A stretch of DNA of 11,358 bases from Candidatus Methylomirabilota bacterium (GTDB lineage: Bacteria; Methylomirabilota; Methylomirabilia; Rokubacteriales; CSP1-6), in the NCBI GenBank assembly GCA_046726415.1, contig JBKPAK010000304.1, positions 1 to 11,358 of the forward strand, written 5' to 3'. Positions within the stretch are counted from its first letter, which is position 1; each line of letters opens with the position of its first letter. Of this stretch, positions 7,534-11,358 are shown in pieces. The translations under genes and the position numbers were made by a program. The notes beneath the pieces are model-generated. The model searched no databases. It was not told the origin of the DNA and saw only the letters and a list, made by a program, of their open reading frames with translations.

Positions 7534-7908
7534 GTGAAAGGGGAGAAGCATGCGACGCCGACTCGGCGCTGGCCACTGAGCGGCGAGTACCCGCCCATCA
7601 ACGTCACGCGGGACGACAAGGGCATCACCCTCGAGGCCCTCTGTCCTGGTGCCGACCGCGCGACGCTCGACATCAGCGTGGTCGGCGAGGCGGTGACCAT
7701 CCGCGGGGAGCGCAAGCCGGAACCGGAAGTGCCCGAGGAGCGCTATCACCGGCGCGAGCGTCAACTCGGCCCGTTCACCCGCACCATCGGCTTCGGCGAG
7801 CGCCTCGATGCCGACCAGACCAAGGCCGGCTACACCAACGGCATCCTCCGGGTGCAGCTCGCGCGGCTCCCCGAGGCGACGCCGCGGAAGATCGCGATCC
7901 AGAACTGA
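7534..7908 (+). CDS. Hsp20/alpha-crystallin family protein; 5' end probably damaged (possible pseudogene)
   Basis: EYPPINV..LEALCPG..VTIRGERK..YHRRERQLGPFTRTI..YTNGILRVQL..KIAI. The ATG with the strong RBS (7550, after AAGGGGAG) is out of frame by one base. The in-frame GTG 7534 has only a weak RBS. Confidence 0.85.
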   Translation: MKGEKHATPTRRWPLSGEYPPINVTRDDKGITLEALCPGADRATLDISVVGEAVTIRGERKPEPEVPEERYHRRERQLGPFTRTIGFGERLDADQTKAGYTNGILRVQLARLPEATPRKIAIQN

Positions 7909-7953
7909 TGCATCCAGCGCGATCTCGAAACTAACGGACCAAGGAGACATAGC

Positions 7954-8337
7954 ATGGCGACCCTGACGACGACCCAGGCCCCGGCCTCCCGCCGTGAGAC
8001 GCCGGAACGCGCGCTTCGGACGGTCTCACCGCGCGTGGACATCTACGAGACCGACAAGGCGTACGTGCTCGTGGCCGACATGCCCGGTGTGGGGCCGGAC
8101 GGCCTCGACGTGGAGGCCGAGCGCAAAACCTTGACCATCCGCGGGCGCGTCGAACGCCCGCCCACGCCTCCGGACTATCAGGAGTTCGAGCTGACCGATT
8201 TCCATCGGGCGTTCACCCTCACGGAAGACCTCGACACGGACGGCATCAAAGCCGCGCTCCGGGACGGCGTGCTGCGGGTCGAAATCCCCAAGTCCCTGCA
8301 CGCGCAGCCGAAGAAAATCCCCGTTCGCATGGAATAG
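7954..8337 (+). CDS. Hsp20/alpha-crystallin family protein (127 aa)
   Basis: RBS AAGGAG at 7941-7946. PRVDIYET..LVADMPGV..LTIRGR..FHRAFTL..LRDGVLRVEIPK..KIPV. Confidence 0.95.
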   Translation: MATLTTTQAPASRRETPERALRTVSPRVDIYETDKAYVLVADMPGVGPDGLDVEAERKTLTIRGRVERPPTPPDYQEFELTDFHRAFTLTEDLDTDGIKAALRDGVLRVEIPKSLHAQPKKIPVRME

Positions 8338-8351
8338 CTGGGAGGCAGGTC

Positions 8352-8858
8352 ATGGGTATCATCGACAAAGTCAGCGCACTGCTGCCGTGGCGCAGCGACC
8401 GCGCAGAGCCGCCTCCGGCGCGCCCCGAGGTCGCGAGCCTCCGCGACGATCTCGACCGCTGGTTGCAGCGGCTCCTGGAAGAGCCTGGCTTCCCAGCTTC
8501 GGGGGGTATCGGCTGGACGCCCGCGGCGAATGTGCACGAGACCGACCGCGAGTTGGTCGTGACCGTAGAGGTCCCAGGGCTGGAGCGGGGCGATCTCGAT
8601 CTCATGATCACGCCGGGCAGCCTGGTCATCCGGGGCGAGAAGCACGAAGTGCGCGAATCGCGCCAAGATCGCGACGACAGGCGCAGGGGCTTGTACCTCG
8701 CCGAGTCTCGCTACGGAAGCTTTGTGCGGACCGTCCCCCTTCCCCCGGGACTCGACCTCGACCGGGCCGAGGCTCGCATCCGAAATGGTATGCTAACGGT
8801 CAGATTCCCGAAGATCGCCGCGCGCGATGGCACGCGGCGAATCCCGCTCGCAACGTGA
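8352..8858 (+). CDS. Hsp20/alpha-crystallin family protein (168 aa)
   Basis: RBS GGAGG at 8341-8345. WTPAANVHET..VEVPGL..LVIRGEK..ESRYGSFVRTVPLP..RNGMLTVRFPK..RIPL. Confidence 0.95.
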   Translation: MGIIDKVSALLPWRSDRAEPPPARPEVASLRDDLDRWLQRLLEEPGFPASGGIGWTPAANVHETDRELVVTVEVPGLERGDLDLMITPGSLVIRGEKHEVRESRQDRDDRRRGLYLAESRYGSFVRTVPLPPGLDLDRAEARIRNGMLTVRFPKIAARDGTRRIPLAT

Positions 8859-8905
8859 GCTGCCATGCCTGAGAGCCCGGCAGGCCCGCCCCCCAGGAGG
8901 ACATC

Positions 8906-10795
8906 ATGGGCAAGGTGATCGGCATCGATCTCGGCACGACGAACTCGGTGGTCGCGGTGATGGAAGGGGGCTCGCCCCTCGTCATCCCGAACCAGGAGGG
9001 CAGCCGGCTAACGCCGTCGGTGGTCGCCTTCACCAAAGAGGGCGAGATTCTGGTCGGCCAGGTTGCGAAGCGCCAGGCCGTCACGAATCCGGAGAACACC
9101 GTCTTCTCGATCAAGCGGTTCATGGGCCGCCGATACGACGAGGTGCTGCAGGAGATCAAGCTCGTCCCCTACAAGGTCGTGAAGGCTCCCAACGGCGACG
9201 TCCGTATCGAGATCCGCGGCAAGCCGTACTCGCCGCCGGAGATCTCGGCCATGATCCTGCGCAAGCTCAAGGAGGCGGCGGAGGCCCACGTCGGCGCGAA
9301 AGTCACCCAGGCCGTGATCACCGTGCCCGCCTACTTCAACGACAGCCAGCGCCAGGCCACCAAGGACGCCGGAAAGATCGCGAACCTCGAGGTCCTCCGC
9401 ATCATCAACGAGCCGACCGCCGCCGCGCTGGCCTATGGCCTCGACAAAAAGAAGGACGAGCAGATCGCCGTATACGACCTGGGGGGCGGGACGTTCGACA
9501 TCTCCATTCTAGAGATCGGCCAAGGCGTCTTCGAGGTCAAGGCCACCAACGGCGACACGCATCTGGGCGGCGACGACTTCGATCAGCGCGTGATCGACTG
9601 GATCGGGGAGGAATTCAAGAAGGAGCACGGCGTCGACCTGCGGCGTGACCGCATGGCCCTCCAGCGCCTGAAGGAGGCGGCGGAGAAGGCCAAGATCGAG
9701 CTCAGCTCGACCCTTCAGACTGGGATCAACCTGCCCTTCATCACCGCCGACGCCAGCGGCCCCAAGCATCTGGTCATGACCCTCACTCGGGCGAAGCTCG
9801 AGGCGCTGGTGGCCGACCTGGTCGAGCGCACGGCTGAACCGTGCCGTCTGGCGCTGAAGGACGCCGGGCTCTCGGCGTCGGATATCGACGAGGTCGTGCT
9901 CGTCGGCGGGCAGACGCGGATGCCCAAGGTCCACGAATTGGTGAAACAGCTCTTTGGCAAGGAGGCGCACAAGGGCGTGAACCCCGACGAGGTGGTGGCC
10001 GTCGGAGCCGCCATTCAGGCCGGAGTCCTTGCCGGGGACGTGAAGGAAGTCGTGTTGCTCGACGTCACCCCTCTGTCGCTGGGCATCGAGACGCTCGGGG
10101 GCGTCATGACGGTTTTGATCCCGCGCAACACGACGATCCCCACCAAGAAGAGCGAAGTCTTCAGCACGGCCAGCGACAACCAGACCTCGGTGGAGGTCCA
10201 CGTCCTGCAGGGCGAACGCCCGCTGGCCAAGGACAACCGGACGCTCGGTCGATTCCACCTCGTTGGTATCCCCCCGGCCCCGCGCGGGCTGCCCCAGATC
10301 GAGGTGACGTTCGACATCGACGCCAACGGCATCCTCAACGTGTCGGCCAAGGATTTGGCGTCCGGCAAGCAGCAGCAGATCACCATCACCGCATCGTCGG
10401 GCCTGAGCAAGGACGAGATCGATCGGATGGTGAGGGAAGCGGAGGCCAACGCCAGTGAGGACGCCCGGCGCCGCCAGGAGATCGAGCTGCGCAACCAGAC
10501 GGACTCTCTCGTGTACTCCACCGAACGCGCGCTCTCCGAGCACGGCGCGAAGCTCTCCGAGGACGATCGAAGAGCGATCGAGCAGGCGCTCAACGAGGCG
10601 CGAGAGGCGCTCAAGGCAGAGGACATGAAACGCATCCGTCGGGCCCAGGAGGAGTTGACGCGCGCGTCGCACACATTGGCAGAGGCGATGTACCGCGAGA
10701 CGAGGAGCGGCCCCGGTCCCCAGACCTCGGGTGGGCCCGCGGAGGGCGACGTCGTCGACGCCGAGTTCGAGGACACGAGCGACCGGAAGCCCTAG
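8906..10795 (+). CDS. dnaK: Molecular chaperone DnaK (Hsp70, 629 aa)
   Basis: [65 protein letters not shown], linker [12 protein letters not shown]-terminal DVVDAEFED. It carries the diderm-type insert after SIKRFMG. Confidence 0.99.
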   Translation: MGKVIGIDLGTTNSVVAVMEGGSPLVIPNQEGSRLTPSVVAFTKEGEILVGQVAKRQAVTNPENTVFSIKRFMGRRYDEVLQEIKLVPYKVVKAPNGDVRIEIRGKPYSPPEISAMILRKLKEAAEAHVGAKVTQAVITVPAYFNDSQRQATKDAGKIANLEVLRIINEPTAAALAYGLDKKKDEQIAVYDLGGGTFDISILEIGQGVFEVKATNGDTHLGGDDFDQRVIDWIGEEFKKEHGVDLRRDRMALQRLKEAAEKAKIELSSTLQTGINLPFITADASGPKHLVMTLTRAKLEALVADLVERTAEPCRLALKDAGLSASDIDEVVLVGGQTRMPKVHELVKQLFGKEAHKGVNPDEVVAVGAAIQAGVLAGDVKEVVLLDVTPLSLGIETLGGVMTVLIPRNTTIPTKKSEVFSTASDNQTSVEVHVLQGERPLAKDNRTLGRFHLVGIPPAPRGLPQIEVTFDIDANGILNVSAKDLASGKQQQITITASSGLSKDEIDRMVREAEANASEDARRRQEIELRNQTDSLVYSTERALSEHGAKLSEDDRRAIEQALNEAREALKAEDMKRIRRAQEELTRASHTLAEAMYRETRSGPGPQTSGGPAEGDVVDAEFEDTSDRKP

Positions 10796-10820
10796 CGGCA
10801 TACTTCTCTCACGACGATCG

Positions 10821-11358
10821 ATGAATGGCTCGCGGACTTCGCGGCGTCCGAATGATCGCGAGGAGGCCTCAGCGGCCGATGTGGGCGATCGCCGCGTCGA
10901 GACTGAGGAAGTCGAGGGCCTGCGCCGCGCCCTCGACGAGGCCGAGCAGCGCCATCTTCGGCTGCTCGCCGACTTTGACAACCTGCGGCGCCGCATGGCA
11001 CGCGAGCAGGAGGCGGCTCGCCGCGAGGGCCGCCGCGCCGCGCCGCTGCCCCTCTTGCCCGTGCTCGACACGCTCGAGCGGGCCCTCGCGGCGGGCTCCA
11101 CCGACCCGGACTTCTACGAGGGCGTGGCGGCCACGCACCGCCTCTTCATCTCCGCCCTGCGCGAGGCCGGAGCCGAGCCCGTCGAGGCGGTCGGAGGGCC
11201 CTTCGATCCGAAGCTCCACGAGGCCATCGCGACCGTTCCGGCCTACGACGTCCCGGCCGGGACGGTCACGCGGGAAGTGCGTCGCGGCTGGCGGTTCGGG
11301 GACGAGTTGCTTCGCCCCGCCCAGGTGGTGGTGGCGGCGCCAGTGGAGGCCGCTGATC
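10821..11358 (+). CDS. grpE: Nucleotide exchange factor GrpE (3' end beyond the window)
   Basis: Not in the ORF track because no stop falls in the window. From ATG 10821: MNGSRTS..HLRLLADFDNLRRR..LLPVLDTLERAL..PFDPKLHEAI..EVRRGWRFGDELLRPAQVVV. The start codon is uncertain because there is no clear RBS. Confidence 0.93.
   Translation, partial: MNGSRTSRRPNDREEASAADVGDRRVETEEVEGLRRALDEAEQRHLRLLADFDNLRRRMAREQEAARREGRRAAPLPLLPVLDTLERALAAGSTDPDFYEGVAATHRLFISALREAGAEPVEAVGGPFDPKLHEAIATVPAYDVPAGTVTREVRRGWRFGDELLRPAQVVVAAPVEAAD

Noticed and set aside
9509..11101. 530-aa ORF antisense to dnaK/grpE
   Set aside because: It is a shadow frame. Long ORFs antisense to dnaK are a known source of spurious annotations.
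1..11358. CRISPR array, tRNA/rRNA, transposase, integrase or defence genes
   Set aside because: No regularly spaced repeats, RNA-gene signatures or such protein motifs were seen by eye.

Overview
GC-rich bacterial window holding a protein quality-control and stress cluster. From left to right: the 3' end of a G/U mismatch-specific uracil-DNA glycosylase (mug); a translationally coupled hsp20-lon pair; a doubtful small membrane ORF; a convergent, coupled GT4 glycosyltransferase plus amylo-alpha-1,6-glucosidase-family pair on the minus strand; a roughly 860-bp regulatory and decayed interval; and an hsp20-hsp20-hsp20-dnaK-grpE operon that runs off the right edge. The interval contains three sigma54-type (-24/-12) promoter motifs, a triply frameshifted and truncated remnant resembling an aeRF1/baeRF-type release-factor homolog, and a 74-bp MITE with 17-bp terminal inverted repeats and a TTAG target duplication. 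I saw no CIRCE or HAIR operator. The most interesting points are the apparent sigma54 control of the chaperone operon together with the sugar-enzyme pair, and a Lon-coupled Hsp20 that lacks the C-terminal IXI motif, next to a Lon with a Pro-rich insertion of about 27 aa. All family calls come from motif recognition by eye; no searches were run.
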